Positions 13,686 through 27,829 of a stretch of DNA of 64,000 bases are shown in pieces (position 1 is the first letter of the stretch; each line of letters opens with the position of its first letter). The notes beneath the pieces are model-generated. The model worked only from the letters and a program-made list of their open reading frames with translations, did no database searches and had not been told where the DNA came from. The position numbers and the translations under genes are program-made. Source of the DNA: Eledone cirrhosa (lineage: Eukaryota); contig OZ024742.1 of the NCBI GenBank assembly GCA_964016885.1, forward strand, positions 100,316,001 to 100,380,000, in the 5' to 3' direction.

Positions 13686-13988
13686 TTGCAAAACATCCGA
13701 CAATTGGTGATTTTTTACAAAGATGGAATTGAAACAAACTACGTGGGTAAAAGGAATGAAAATTGTTCTAAATGTTATGAATTCAGACGGTTAAAGGAAG
13801 ACGTTTTTCAGCTGCCAGATGATCCTCTGTTCAATTTTTCTTGTGGTAATGGACAAGTTCAACTATCACCCATTCTATGCTTAGAACACTGTCATCTGTT
13901 AGCTTCTGATAAGAGTATCAAATTTAAATCTAATATTAGGACTCTTGCTTTAGTTTTCACATCATCAAACGTAACTGGTGCTAAATAG
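13686..13988 (+). pseudogene. Degenerate Helitron RepHel N-terminal fragment
   Basis: CSKC...FSCGNGQVQLSPI...KFKSNIR...FTS resembles the Helitron CxxC...CCxNGKVxLP...FxxNIRxYN...FTS pattern. Confidence 0.55.
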
Positions 13989-14342
13989 ATGCATCAATAT
14001 TGTATAATGGGGGCTTCCGTTGATTACCCTAATATATTATTGCCTCCACAAATAGGGAACAACGGCTATTTATAATTTATTTTGCTATTTTCATTAACAT
14101 ATAGAAAAAAAGGAAAGGAGTTTTTATCTCCTGGTGGAATTTATCTAACACATTCCATTCACGAAGTATTGGCCAACACGAGACTAGAGTAAAATAAAAA
14201 ACGCCATGCAGTAGGATCGAATCTGGATCCACACGGCTGCTTAGTAAACTTCTTACTTAACTACACAAGCTGGCCTCCACATAACCGGCATAATTCTTTT
14301 TTTTTTCTATACCGATTATTAATATCTATCTATCTATCTATG

Positions 14343-14391
<49 letters not shown>

Positions 14392-14396
<5 letters not shown>

Positions 14397-14795
14397 TAAC
14401 AGATTAAACTTTAATCTGTAATTTTCGAATATTAATAATAACATTCGATTCGTTTGCAATTATGCAAACAAGCCACATTTTTATAGCCATGTCAGTAGAA
14501 TGAACTCTTCATTCTTGCTCTTGTGCTGGCATGTAAACAGAACTGCAGACACTAATATTTCTGGGTATGACCCTTCATCATATATATATATATATCGGTC
14601 ATAGCATTATGAATGGGTAAATATTTAAATAATTTTTTTTTTTTTTTTTTAAAGAAATGTTTAATATTTGTTTGTTCTGCTCTTCTTAATTTTTATAGTT
14701 CTGGTATCTCAAATTAGTACCATTGAACACCAATTATATTATAGACACACTATATATCTCTATGGGTACTTAGTACACAGAGAGATATTTATCTC

Positions 14796-14861
<66 letters not shown>

Positions 14862-14991
14862 CAGATTAAACTTTAATCTGTTATTTTAATAAATATTTGC
14901 TCTACGGTTACGGTTTTTATATATATTTATATATATATTATCCTTATCGAGCATCGAGCCCTCTTCGGATTTTTATCTTCACATTTATTAT

Positions 14992-15000
<9 letters not shown>
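14392..15000. mobile_element. Dispersed repeat family (probable PLE 3' tail) with hairpin aataacagattaaactttaatctgttatt
   Basis: Shared pieces at 14392-14580, 14855-15000, 17450-17555 (opposite strand), 25365-25505 and ~50685-50710; a truncated hammerhead-like remnant on the minus strand at ~14553-14580 (TGATGA A GGGT cat ACCC a GAAA TATT). Confidence 0.55.
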
Positions 15001-15035
<35 letters not shown>

Positions 15036-15038
15036 ATA

Positions 15039-15215
15039 CAGTGGCGGAGTGGCCAAGTTGCCAGGTTGCCCAATGGCAAGTGGGCCCCACTACTTTCCAC
15101 TTATGTATTTTTTGAAAGTGTTATTTATTCATTATAAAAATTAAATGATAGCATTCTATATGTAGGTGGGCCCCCTTCAACTAGCAACCAATACTTTAGA
15201 CCTAGTCCGTCACTG
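15039..15215. mobile_element. MITE with cagtggcgga/tccgtcactg termini, inserted in a TA tract
   Basis: 10-bp TIR with 1 mismatch; internal gtgggcccc repeats; ~65 bp of its interior recurs at ~16360-16425. Confidence 0.6.
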
Positions 15216-15300
<85 letters not shown>

Positions 15301-15344
15301 CTCAACCGGCATACCGCCTATGGAAGCATCATAGCTACCATCAG

Positions 15345-15422
<78 letters not shown>

Positions 15423-15516
15423 AATGCCAATCATTGTAAGTTTGAATCTAACTGACATGAAAAAACATATATATAGGAATAAGGTAAGCCCGCATCATAG
15501 TAGATTCAAATATCAC

Positions 15517-15618
<102 letters not shown>

Positions 15619-15839
15619 GAGGTGGAACAGAAATGAAACATGGATTACAGGTTAAAATATAGTCTAGATAGATGAGTAACAAAGAGGATGTAGTTTATGG
15701 AACACCTAAATGATTTAGAATGAGCAATGACATTAAAATAGAAGCAATGACATTAAGAAAGACATGAACGACACCACATTATTTTGTTTTAAAAAATTTG
15801 AAAGGTTTATAAGTATGAATTTTCATAAGATTTAATAAT

Positions 15840-16247
15840 ATTACTAATAACTCTAGGAAAGCCATGACACCACATCTTTTTAAGTTTGATTTTGAAAGTA
15901 GGTTTATAATTATCAATTTTCACTATACTTTTGTAGTTGCCTCTGTGGCGTAGCGGTAGGTACTAGAGATGGTGGGCATCCTGGTCTTGGATTCAATCCT
16001 AGTCAAGAGCTACATGAAACCTTTTTTTCAATTTTTACAAAATATTGAAAAGGTTTACCGGAAACCCTACTCCCGACCAGGATCGAACTTCAAACCAGGA
16101 TCACCACGTTTTATGATTCCTACAACTAGGCCACTGAGACAATTACAAGATTCTAATGAAAATTGATAATTATAAACCTACTTTCAAAATCAAACTTAAA
16201 AAGATATGGCGTCGTTCATGGCTTTCCTGGAGCTATTAGTAGTATTT
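15840..16247. mobile_element. Foldback element with a tRNA-like (Pol III A/B box) segment in each arm
   Basis: Arms ~15840-16010 and ~16065-16247 are reverse complements; left gtggcgtagcggt...gattcaatcct, right (reverse complement) gtggcctagttgt...gttcgatcct. Confidence 0.6.
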
Positions 16248-16416
16248 AGGGTCGACCTCTGGTCATTATTGAAAGTCTCTAGATTTCGCAAAATACATAA
16301 TATTTTTTATTGGAAAAGGTAAGATATTTTTCCGCAAAAATGTGATTGAACTATTTTGTTTCCACTTATGCATTTTTCTAAAATGTTATTTATTCATTAT
16401 ACAAATTAAATGATAG

Positions 16417-17268
<852 letters not shown>

Positions 17269-17282
17269 ATATATATAGATAT

Positions 17283-17365
<83 letters not shown>

Positions 17366-17650
17366 TAGATATATATATAGATATATATATATACGATATT
17401 TTCACTAGCTCTGACAGTTGTCAGGTAAGCAGTGTACGGTATGCTAACAGAATAGCAAGAATGATGGCGTCATTCTACTCACATGGTTTAAAAAGGTCGT
17501 TTGCATAATTGCAAACGAATCGAATATTATTATTAATATTCGAAAACCTCAGATTTCCATTTCTTGTATTCAACTATGTAGAGAGATAAATCTATTTATT
17601 ATACTGTACCGATTGTGTTGTTATTTCTGTTTATCTTCTAAATACATACA

Positions 17651-18385
17651 TGACCCGTTGCAAAACACATATATATCTATGACTTTATATATATATATAT
17701 ATATGTAAACCTTTATATGTAATAATCTCCCGTTAGGTTGAGATACAATTTTGGCTGTATTGGGCTGCGCTTTCTAGCAAAAAGCCTACCAGCCGTAAGC
17801 AACTAATCACATCCTTTCTAACTTGACCGCTGCCACGTCACGATTCTTAGCCAGTTTTGAATGTATTCTTGGCGCGATCACTTTGGAAAATTAATTGTCT
17901 AAATTTGAGCTAACTCCTGAAGAATCCGAAGCTCTAGATATCCAATGTTATCGGATGTCTTAAAATGCGGACGAAACCATGGTAGAGGTAATTAAATGTG
18001 TACACTTTTCTTCTAGTTTATTTTACACCTGATACTGTTTAGTTGACTGTATATCTGGTCGATTTATACATGCTGTCGAAATATTCGATAAATACTCCGT
18101 CGCAACCACCGGGAAGGGGCTGCTTTCGGTTATTTGTCGAAGATTTCTTCATAGGAGCCTTTATTCTTATAGCTTGGTCTAATTGATTTTTTATATGGTT
18201 AATTATGCTAATTGGGAGAGGAAACGGTATATATTTTATCTGGTGATTCTATAGACATGTTTTATGATATATAGCTCTGATTATTTAATTTATTAATTCG
18301 TCATTGAGCCACAAAGTGACTCGTTGCAAAACACATATATATATCTATGACTTTATATATATATATATATATATATGTAAACCTT
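17651..18385 (+). mobile_element. ~670-bp non-coding hammerhead-bearing element bounded by ~65-bp direct repeats
   Basis: tgacYcgttgcaaaacacatat...ctatgactt(ta)n gtaaacctt at 17651-17713 and 18317-18385. Confidence 0.65.
17914..17987 (+). ncRNA. Type I hammerhead ribozyme motif
   Basis: ctc CTGAAGA atccg...cggac GAAA ccatgg TA gag: stem I ctc/gag, stem II tccg/cgga with a mismatched closing pair, palindromic ACCAUGGU stem III, GUA site. Confidence 0.72.
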
Positions 18386-18562
18386 GTTTCTACTTTTGGC
18401 ACAAGGCCAGCAATTACTCAGTACATGACTGGTACTTTATTTTATCGACCCCGTAAGGATGAAAGGCAAAGTTAACCTCGGCGGGATTTGAACTCAGAAT
18501 GGAAAGGGCCGTAACTCTATGCGTCAAAGCATGGCGTCCGACCCTCTACCGATACTGCCAAT
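18385..18562 (-). mobile_element. SINE family A, near full length
   Basis: Core, B box and A-box region (ctctaccgatactgccaat). Confidence 0.88.
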
Positions 18563-18831
18563 AATGAAACCAAATATAGAAACCAGCCCCGCTCTTCTCT
18601 CTATCTTGACCTTTGTCTGTCTGTCTCTTCCTTTCTCAGTTCTGTCCTCTGTCGCTCCTTTTCTCCTTGCTTCTCTCAGTCATTTTCTGTCTCTCTTCTC
18701 TCCTTCCCTCAGCCTCTGTCTTTCTCTCCTCTCCCATACCCTCGCTCCTATCCTGCACTCGTTCTCCTCCTCCCTCTTTCTCAATTCCTCTCTCTCTCCT
18801 TTTCTCTGTTTCTATCTCCCTCTCCCCTTTC

Positions 18832-18877
<46 letters not shown>

Positions 18878-19477
18878 GTCAGTAACACATCAGAACCTGT
18901 TGAACACAACCTTCTACCCACCCCACAAAACATGCTGTTGTTGTTTAGGCTCCAAGATGGTCTTAATTCAAAAAGACCTATCATCAAATCTTGTACGCAA
19001 AGATATTCCAGCCATGATCACCCCGACATTTTTCAGGTATACTGCACATTCAATATTTTCTAGTGTGCCATTTAGGGGTGGATGTAACTGCAAGAGCAAT
19101 ACCTATGATTTAGGATTAAATCTACCAAGTTACTGCAGTTTGAGGGAAGGAAATTTGGCAGCTATTTCTAGCTAGTCGATCGGTCACGTAGAAGCGTCTT
19201 CTTTCCAATTAGTACGTGTATACAAGTACTCTGTCCATGTAACAGAGTTTATAAATTTATTCGAATAGATTGAGAAATTCTGCAATATCCATCGCGTACT
19301 TGTTTTACTCATTTGCATATATACGCAGATCGCATATATATTATACGCTCGTGTATGTGCATAGAAGTGTCTTGGGCATTTTAAAACTGACGGAGGTCAT
19401 CCCACTCCAGATCTGGGGCACTGCGGTTTTCTTTCAGATAAAGCAAGAGAGGAAAGCGATAAAGTGAGAAAGAAGGA

Positions 19478-19632
19478 ATCGACCCCAGTCCAGTATTGGT
19501 ACTTTATTTATCGACTTCGAAAGGGTGAAATGCAAAGATGACCTCGATGGGATTTGAACTCAGAGCGAAATGAAGCGGATCTACTACCGAGGCATCTTCA
19601 TTATCCACCCTAACGACTCTGTCAATTCGCCC
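19478..19632 (-). mobile_element. SINE family A, diverged
   Basis: ggtactttattatcgacttcgaaagggtgaaatgcaaag...gggatttgaactcag. Confidence 0.7.
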
Positions 19633-21664
19633 CCTGTATAATGAAGACAATTCTCATTATAGTATGGAATGTATTCATTTCTTTATTTAAACTGATATAA
19701 TGGTCATTCTGCGAAAGTTATAATGAGGGAAAGAGTTAGTAAAAGATGGTTAGTAAGTGAATGAAAGAGAGAGAAAAGAGCGCGAGGAAAGGAATGGGAG
19801 AAATGAGGGAAAGGGATAAAGAAAAAGAGAATAAGAGCCAGACAAGGTGTGAGAGAGAATGTGAGAGGAATGGAGAAAATAGAACGCGAGAGAGAGATAA
19901 AGAGAAATGGTGTGAGTGTGTGGAAGAGAGTTTGGGAGATAAATGGACTGGATTGAAGATTGAAGAAAGAGAGGGGCAGAGGGAGACATGGAGTGTGTGA
20001 GCAGAAGAGAGTGAGGAAGGAGGGGAGATAAAACGTAAGGAGTGATAAATACAGTTAGAAAGGTGCTGCAAACGTCTGAAAGGGATAAAAACTCAGTGGG
20101 AGTGAAGTTAAGAGAAGAGGAAGGTGGAAAAGAAAGAGACCCAAACTGCCTAAAAGTGACATAGTTGTGACGTCATAGTAAGGCTAATGCGACTGGACGA
20201 TAACACAACTTCATTTGACGCCACATTTTTTTTATATTTTCCCTAAGAAAACATACGACTTCTTCGTACTTGCGGAAATATAAATGTTCTATCTAGTCCA
20301 GGCCCCCCCAGTTGTTTTAATGAATTATTGCTTATAACCTGTACACATGTAAATAAGAAAGTAGCATTTGAAATGACTATAAATGAGAGAAAGGGTAAGG
20401 GTCACTCGAGATATTGTTATTACAACTATTTTATATAATAAATATATATTATAACAACAAGGATATGGTCCAAACGTGGAAGAGCCGAACCCCCACTGTC
20501 ATCACCTCCATCTCTCTCACCCTCCCCATCTCTCTGTATGGTGAACAAATGGGGTCCCACGTGCTGGCCGCTCCACAGCTCCGGCGGACAGAATGGAGAG
20601 GAGGGTAAGGGAGATGCGCTGGAAGAGCCATTCCAATGTAATTTAAGTGTAAGTTCAGCCCTTTTTATAACAAACCGCTCATGATTCTATTATATAAATC
20701 TGTTTAAAATGTTTACATTTATCTAAAAAGAAAATTGTCATATTTTTTATATGAACATTTATGTTCCAAATAACAGGGTAATAATGAGAAAGCTAATTAT
20801 ATTAGAACATCCTTCCAAATTCTTGATTATTTTCAGTTATTTAAAGCACATGGGCGGTGTCATTTATCAGAAATGTGGCAACGAAAGGGTTAAAATATCC
20901 TCTGGGATTATTTGTTTTACTTAATGAAATACTTTTCTGTGTGTTGAAATATGTTTTGGTTTTTTTAGGTTGTTTTTAACATTGTAGCAATCAAACTATT
21001 AAGAATGGCGCGTATATTCCCCTGTTCTTCAGAGGAATTTTCCTTATTGTTATAAAATATTTAATTTTATATTCATTTTTATTTTTGTCTAAATATATTT
21101 ATTTGAAAGAAATGTTTATCAAATGTTAATTACCTGAAAGTTTAATTTACGAAAAAAAAAATTTCACTGAAAATATATAAATTACACAAATATATACAAA
21201 AGTTACTTCACAAAATTTCAATCTATTGAAAACGCTTTCATTACAAATTAGATATAATTTAATTAATTTGCTATATATAAGAGACTAAAATTCATCTGTT
21301 GGGATTTTATTAAATTAATAGACATTTTTATTTACACATTTTAATTTAGAACATTTTCAAGTATTTCGTAAATATTTGGAATGTAATCAAAGCACGTTAG
21401 CTTTTGTATCTTCAATTAATTCTTTAAACTGACCACTATTTCCATTTACATAATTGTGTCCGTGTTAGACTTTTGTATATTACACACTGTGTACCTAATA
21501 TTATACGATTCTTATTTTGTGGTCTTAAGCCAAATTTAAAAATTATTTTATTATTTGTTTAAGGTTTTGCTTTTAATTATATATATATATATATATGTAT
21601 ATATATAGAGAGAGGGGGGGGGGATAAATGGCTTCTATACACACACATATATATATATATATAA

Positions 21665-21872
21665 GCGGTGGATTGGTAGTATAGGTGGAGCGTCGGACAT
21701 GTTTTATGGCATAGAGTTATGGCTTTTTACGATTTCAGTTCAAATCCTGCCGAGGTTAGCTTTGCCTTTCATTCTTACGGGGTCGATAAAATAAAGTACC
21801 AGTAATGCACTAGGATCGATTTAATCGACACCCCCCCCCCCCCAATTGTTGGCATTGTGTCTAAATCAGAAA

Positions 21873-21875
<3 letters not shown>
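21665..21875 (+). mobile_element. SINE family A
   Basis: gcggtggattggtagtatagg...gttcaaatcctgcc...cggggtcgataaaataaagtaccag. Confidence 0.8.
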
Positions 21876-21908
<33 letters not shown>

Positions 21909-22029
21909 GTCATTGGACTGCGGTCATGCTGTGGCACCGTTTGAAAGGATTTTTGTGTTGATCATATTGACCTCCAGTTAGGGATTAAGGAGTTGGCTGT
22001 CTCGACTATAGCCAGGGAACTACACTATT

Positions 22030-22740
22030 TAAATGTCTTCTTCTTACTATTCTTCTTATTATTAATCTCATTCTTCTTTGCCCACTTATTTCTGAAAGGG
22101 TCGTGGGGACAGAGTAAACAAAGCACTCCTTCCAGCGAGTTCTATCCGAAGCAACTGTTTCCAATTGATCCAGCTGTATATCCAAGTGAAACCAGCCGAG
22201 CTTGTGGATGTTATCCAACCATCTTGCTCGGGATCCCTCCTTGGGTGTCTGATGATTGGCTTTGTCCGTAAAATCTGTTCGATTTTTTTCCTTGGGCATT
22301 CTGACTACATGTTCATAGTATCGGATCTGTGATCTCTCAATTGGCAGAAGTAGTGGCTCTACCTGGAGCGACTCTCTGATTTCGGAGCTACGCAACCTAT
22401 CGGGTAACGATAGGATCCTTCCGATGAATCCCATTTCGGCCGCTTGTATTCGTGATCGTATTCTTTCGGTCATTACCCAAGATTCAGGATCATAAATATT
22501 GGTTTGCACGAATACCAAATTAAATAGTCTTTTACACCCACCTCCATTTTTTTGATGACCGATTACTGAAGCTGCTGCAATTCTTGCACTTAATTCAACC
22601 TTCTGCCTGTCATCACTCGTGAAAACGACCTCGAGAAACTTGAACTCTACCTGCTTCAGTGGAACTCCACTCACATGTAGAGTGATCTACGCAGGCTTCC
22701 TTGGGAGGGTGAGTGTCTCAGTCTTCGCAGTACTGATTAA
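22030..22740 (-). mobile_element. RTE-clade LINE 3' fragment (RT C-terminus)
   Basis: QVEFKFLEVVF...RIAAAS...YDPESWVMTERIRSRIQAAEMGF...RLRSSEIRESLQVEPLL...SQIRYYEHVVRM; AAG-rich tail. Confidence 0.88.
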
Positions 22741-22912
22741 TTCTTTTCCTACCATAAATATATTAGGCCTCTGACAAAAGTTTCTCTCAGAATCCCCATG
22801 CAAGCATAATACGCTTAACCAAGTGCTTATTTTTCAAGTTTCGTATTTATTTTATCAGTTTCCTTATTCAAACCACTAAGTTACAGGCATAGACAACAAA
22901 TAAGCAAACACA

Positions 22913-23081
<169 letters not shown>

Positions 23082-23549
23082 TGGACTTCCACACAGTTTC
23101 GGTTTACCAAATTCCCTCACAATGCACGCCCAGGTTGCCATGTAGCAGGACTAAAATTGAAACCACACAGCTATGTCTGCGGTTGATTCTTATTTAGTGG
23201 CCGTAAGGCAGATATAAAAACTATTGCTCCATTCTTGTTTCTTGATTTGCTTTTAATGTATCATTGTTTTGAGTGTAACGTTTCCAAAGATATTTAAACT
23301 AGATTGTAACTGCTTGTTTTTTGTTATTGTTTTTGTTGCCAGTCGCTGACAGGAACGCTGCTGCAATCTAACGAAAACGTTCTAAATATATTTATTTAGA
23401 ATACAAGGAAAAGGTGGTGTGGAAGTGTTTTAAGATGCTCTATTCCAATGGTGTTGTCTCTCTCTCTCTACACACACACATACACATACAGACATGTGTT
23501 TCTTTTTTCGAGGTATCTAACTCTTGTATATATATATACATATGTATAT

Positions 23550-23633
<84 letters not shown>

Positions 23634-24084
23634 GATTTATAAACGTAGTTTTGTTATTCGTTGGTGGAATAGAAGAACATGATTTCAGCCGTAAAACAAT
23701 GTTATTTACAAGTATCTATGGAATTAAGGAGCTACTGATCAAACTAAAATGGAGAAAGAATTCATATTCAAATTTACAATTTAGTGTGTATCGAACAGTC
23801 AAAAATATATTCTTATTTAGATATATTGTCTTATTACTAGATTAAGGCCGCACTAAATCCTTTAGGCGCTCAACCATTCAAAATGTTATGGTGTCCCCCA
23901 CCCACCCACTCACGCTATATATAAAGTCAGCAAAATTGTTTTTCATCTTTTTACGGCAAATACATTGAATTTTAATAAAAGGCACCCTCTTCCCTTGATG
24001 CCCTAGGCATGTGCTTATTTTACTTAATCGATAATCTGACCCTGTCTGTTACCTCTATAGCAACACATCCACTACCTAAATAAT

Positions 24085-24295
24085 CACTTCTAATTGAGGT
24101 AGAAGGTCAACAATTTATGTGGAAGGAAAACGTGATTACATCGAGCCCAGTACGTGACTGTTACTTTATTTATCGACCTCGGTGGGATGAAAGGCAACAT
24201 TGATCTCGACGGGATTTGAAATCAGAACGTAAAGGGACGTAACAAAATATCCCAAAGCATTTTATCTGACGCTCCAATGAAAATTTAAATCCACG
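24085..24295 (-). mobile_element. SINE family A, diverged
   Basis: tactttatttatcgacctcggtgggatgaaaggc...gggatttgaaatcag. Confidence 0.7.
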
Positions 24296-24336
24296 ACCCT
24301 CAACTGACTAAATATCATATATCCCTATAGTAAAGT

Positions 24337-24888
24337 ACCCACTGCCGCCCTAGCAACACACCCAATACGTCCCTAGCAACACACCCACTACCTCCCTAGC
24401 AACACACCCACTGCCGCCCTAGCAACACACCCAATACGTCTCTAGCAAAACACCCACTACCTCCCCAGCAACACACCCACTACCTCCCTAGCAACACACC
24501 CACTACGTCCCTAGCAACACACCCACTATCTCCCCAGCAACACACCCACTACCTCCCCAGCAACACACCCACTACCTCCCTAGCAACACACCCACTACCT
24601 CCCTAGCAACACACCCACTACCTCCCTAGCAACACACCCACTACGTCCCTAGCAACACACCCACTATCTCCCCAGCAACACACCCACTACCTCCCCAGCA
24701 ACACACCCACTACCTCCCCAGCAACACACCCACTACCTCCCTAGCAACACACCCACTACCTCCCTAGCAACACACCCACTATCTCCCCAGCAACACATCC
24801 ACATACCCCCCTAGCAACACACCCACTACGTCCTAGCAACACACCCACTACGTCCCTAGCAACACACCCACTACCTCCCTAGCAACAT
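24337..24888. repeat. 23-bp minisatellite (ctagcaacacacccactacctcc), about 24 units
   Basis: Tandem units with minor variants; one degenerate orphan unit at ~24055-24078. Confidence 0.92.
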
Positions 24889-25502
24889 ATTCTGATGTGA
24901 GGTTTGCCAATAAACCGCTGTAACTTTTAAGCATTAACACCAGTTTGCAACATAATGAAAAATTTCCGAAACGTTAGCACTAATTAATACGTGGATAATG
25001 AAGCCTAATTGCTTAGTTCAGTGGTTTTAATGTATTTAATTAACTGGTCTCTCAGTGAGAGATTTCCGCCATCTTTTTCAACCACCACCACCTACCTGCC
25101 TCACCCCATCCAGTCACCTTGAAGCCAATCGTATTGGCTTTACTGTAATAGTAATACAGTCATAGGCACATACACATTACAAGATTCCAATCTGGAAACA
25201 TCCGTGTTCGCAAAACGTTCTAGATACACACTCACACACATATACACAATAATCACACAGGCACCCATTACTGACACACACGCAATCACATATACACTCA
25301 TTACTGACACACGCGTGTGCGCACTTACACACGCTTCATATATATATATATATATATATATATAGTAATAATAATAAATTTGAAGACTAAAATCCAAAGA
25401 GGGCTCGATAAGGTTAAATATATATCACATATATAAGAACCGTAGAGCAAATATTTATTAAAATAACAGATTTTAATCTGTTATTTTAATCTGTTATTTT
25501 AA

Positions 25503-25546
<44 letters not shown>

Positions 25547-25547
25547 G

Positions 25548-25772
25548 AGAAATGTTAGCTATCGCCGTATTTTGACTAAAGAAATTAAAGAAATTATTTA
25601 GCCTGATAGTGGGGTTAAGAACCCTCGGAGAAATGGAAAAAAATGAGTATTGACGTACATGGGACGTCAATACTCATCTTTTTCCATTTCTCCGAGGGTT
25701 TTTAACCCCACTATCAGGCTAAATAATTTCTTTAATTTCTTTAGTCAAAATACGGCGATAGCTAACATTTCT
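25548..25772. repeat. Near-perfect hairpin, ~109-bp arms with a 7-nt loop
   Basis: agaaatgttagctatcgccg...tattgacgt acatggg acgtcaata...cggcgatagctaacatttct. Confidence 0.92.
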
Positions 25773-27528
25773 AATAATTTCAAATCAACTCGCTGTTTCG
25801 AAAATATTCTTACATCAATGCCACGGAACACCCGCCAATCTCCTAAGAGTTGAACAACGAACCATCTTCATCTTACAGACCCACACTCCCCCCGGCCTGA
25901 ACTCCCCACCCTTATTCCTTTAGCCTTCGACTGCCCCCCCCCCCTCCCTCCACACATATCCCCCACTAACACCACTAACACACCCCTCCTTTTCACCGCC
26001 CACCCCACAACTAACAATACTAACACCTCCACTCCACCCCACATCCGACCACCCTTCCCCAACTAACATACTAACCTCCCTCCCTCTTCCCCCCCCCCAT
26101 CCTTATCACACGCACACACCCACCGGCACATATATACACGCGCTCACACTAAACACACACCCTACTACCACCACTAACCCTCACCCCCACACATCCACCC
26201 TACCACCCCGCAACTAACATCACTAACACCGCCTGACCCCAAGCACACGAACACACACACCCACTTACACCACCCACCCTACACGCAACTAACATCACTA
26301 ACACCCCCAACCCTACGCACACGTACACACACACCCTCTTACACCACCAACTCTACACACCCTACCACCACTGACCCCCACTCACACACGCATTCAACCC
26401 TTTCTCCACCTCCTGTATACTAACACCCACTAACACCGCCTTCACCAAACATACACACCAGTACACCACACTCCCTCCATCGACCCCCACACCCTTCTCT
26501 CCCCGCTCCACCCACACCCTTTCTCAAACACTCACTCATCCCACTAACACCTCTGCTAATACACACACACACCCCCCACACTCCAACTTTCACACCTACC
26601 CACCCTCTCCCTTTTACCATTCCACCCTACTGCTGCTATGCCCTCTGACCACCTCCCCGCACACACAGACACACAACACACCTCTACTCACCATTCTACA
26701 CCACTGCTGCTATGCCCTCTACAGACACACAACACTCCTCCTGCCTTGACCACTTCCTGTTGCGCGCGCACCCCACTTCTCCCCTCTTCCGACCAATCTC
26801 TTCACGGATTACACGTATCTGAACCTTGACCCCGGAATCAACTACCATCCTAGGATTTTACCAAGCATTCCACCACATCTTCTTACGGAATCACCTTTAT
26901 GACTCACCCACACACACACCCAAAAAAATTTTTTTTCCCACACGCCACCTACACCCACAACACGCTTAAACACCACACACACACGTGCGTTCCACCACAT
27001 ATTTACACATTCAGCCTCCGGATTCCTCTCCCCCACCCCTCTATCCACACACGCACACACACTCCGACCCACACCCCACCCCACACACACCTCTTCCTGA
27101 ACATGCAACCCCGTTCTTCCCCCAACCCTTGCTTTCACATACACACACACACACACACGTACACCTACACACACACACCACCTTCAGCCCTCCCCGCTCG
27201 GCCACCCCGTCTCCCTCTCCCCACTCCACCCGCCACCACCCCTACACGCCCCACATCCTTCCACCACCTGTTTTACCCCATTTTAATTTTATTTTGATCA
27301 TGCCTTTATTTTTAATTTCATTTGCACCGTTTCCTCTTACCCCCTTTTCGCTATATGTCTCTCCACCACTCCCCTACACACCCTTTGAACTCCCTTCCCA
27401 CACACTTTTCACCTGAAGAAGGGCTTATGCCCGAAACGTCGTTCCCCACCACCACCCCACTCTCAAGAGCGTGAAATTAATAAACATTCGTTGTACTGCC
27501 TCTCTGTTTTGTTCCTGTTCAATTTTTC

Positions 27529-27530
<2 letters not shown>
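25664..27530 (+). mobile_element. Degenerate PLE-like element ending in a hammerhead and a T-rich tail
   Basis: C/A-rich body, possible endonuclease C-terminal remnant (LNLDPG at ~26818), hammerhead at 27413, AATAAA-containing tail into (TA)n. Confidence 0.5.
27411..27442 (+). ncRNA. Minimal type I hammerhead motif of the common PLE type
   Basis: ac CTGAAGA a gggc ttat gccc GAAA cg TC gt: palindromic ACGU stem III, GUC site, stem I only 2 bp. Confidence 0.75.
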
Positions 27531-27621
<91 letters not shown>

Positions 27622-27758
27622 ATGTTCAAGGCCCCGACGGCAGACCTCAAGCTATTTCTGGACCGACTACTACCTTACCCACTCTACTACCTTAAGTATT
27701 GAGTACTCTGGTGCGTTATGGTCCACCTCGTTCCTTACCACACTTCATTCGTTATATA

Positions 27759-27829
<71 letters not shown>

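Noticed and set aside
24337-24888. Regular 23-bp repeats as a CRISPR array
   Set aside because: No unique spacers, no cas genes, eukaryotic context
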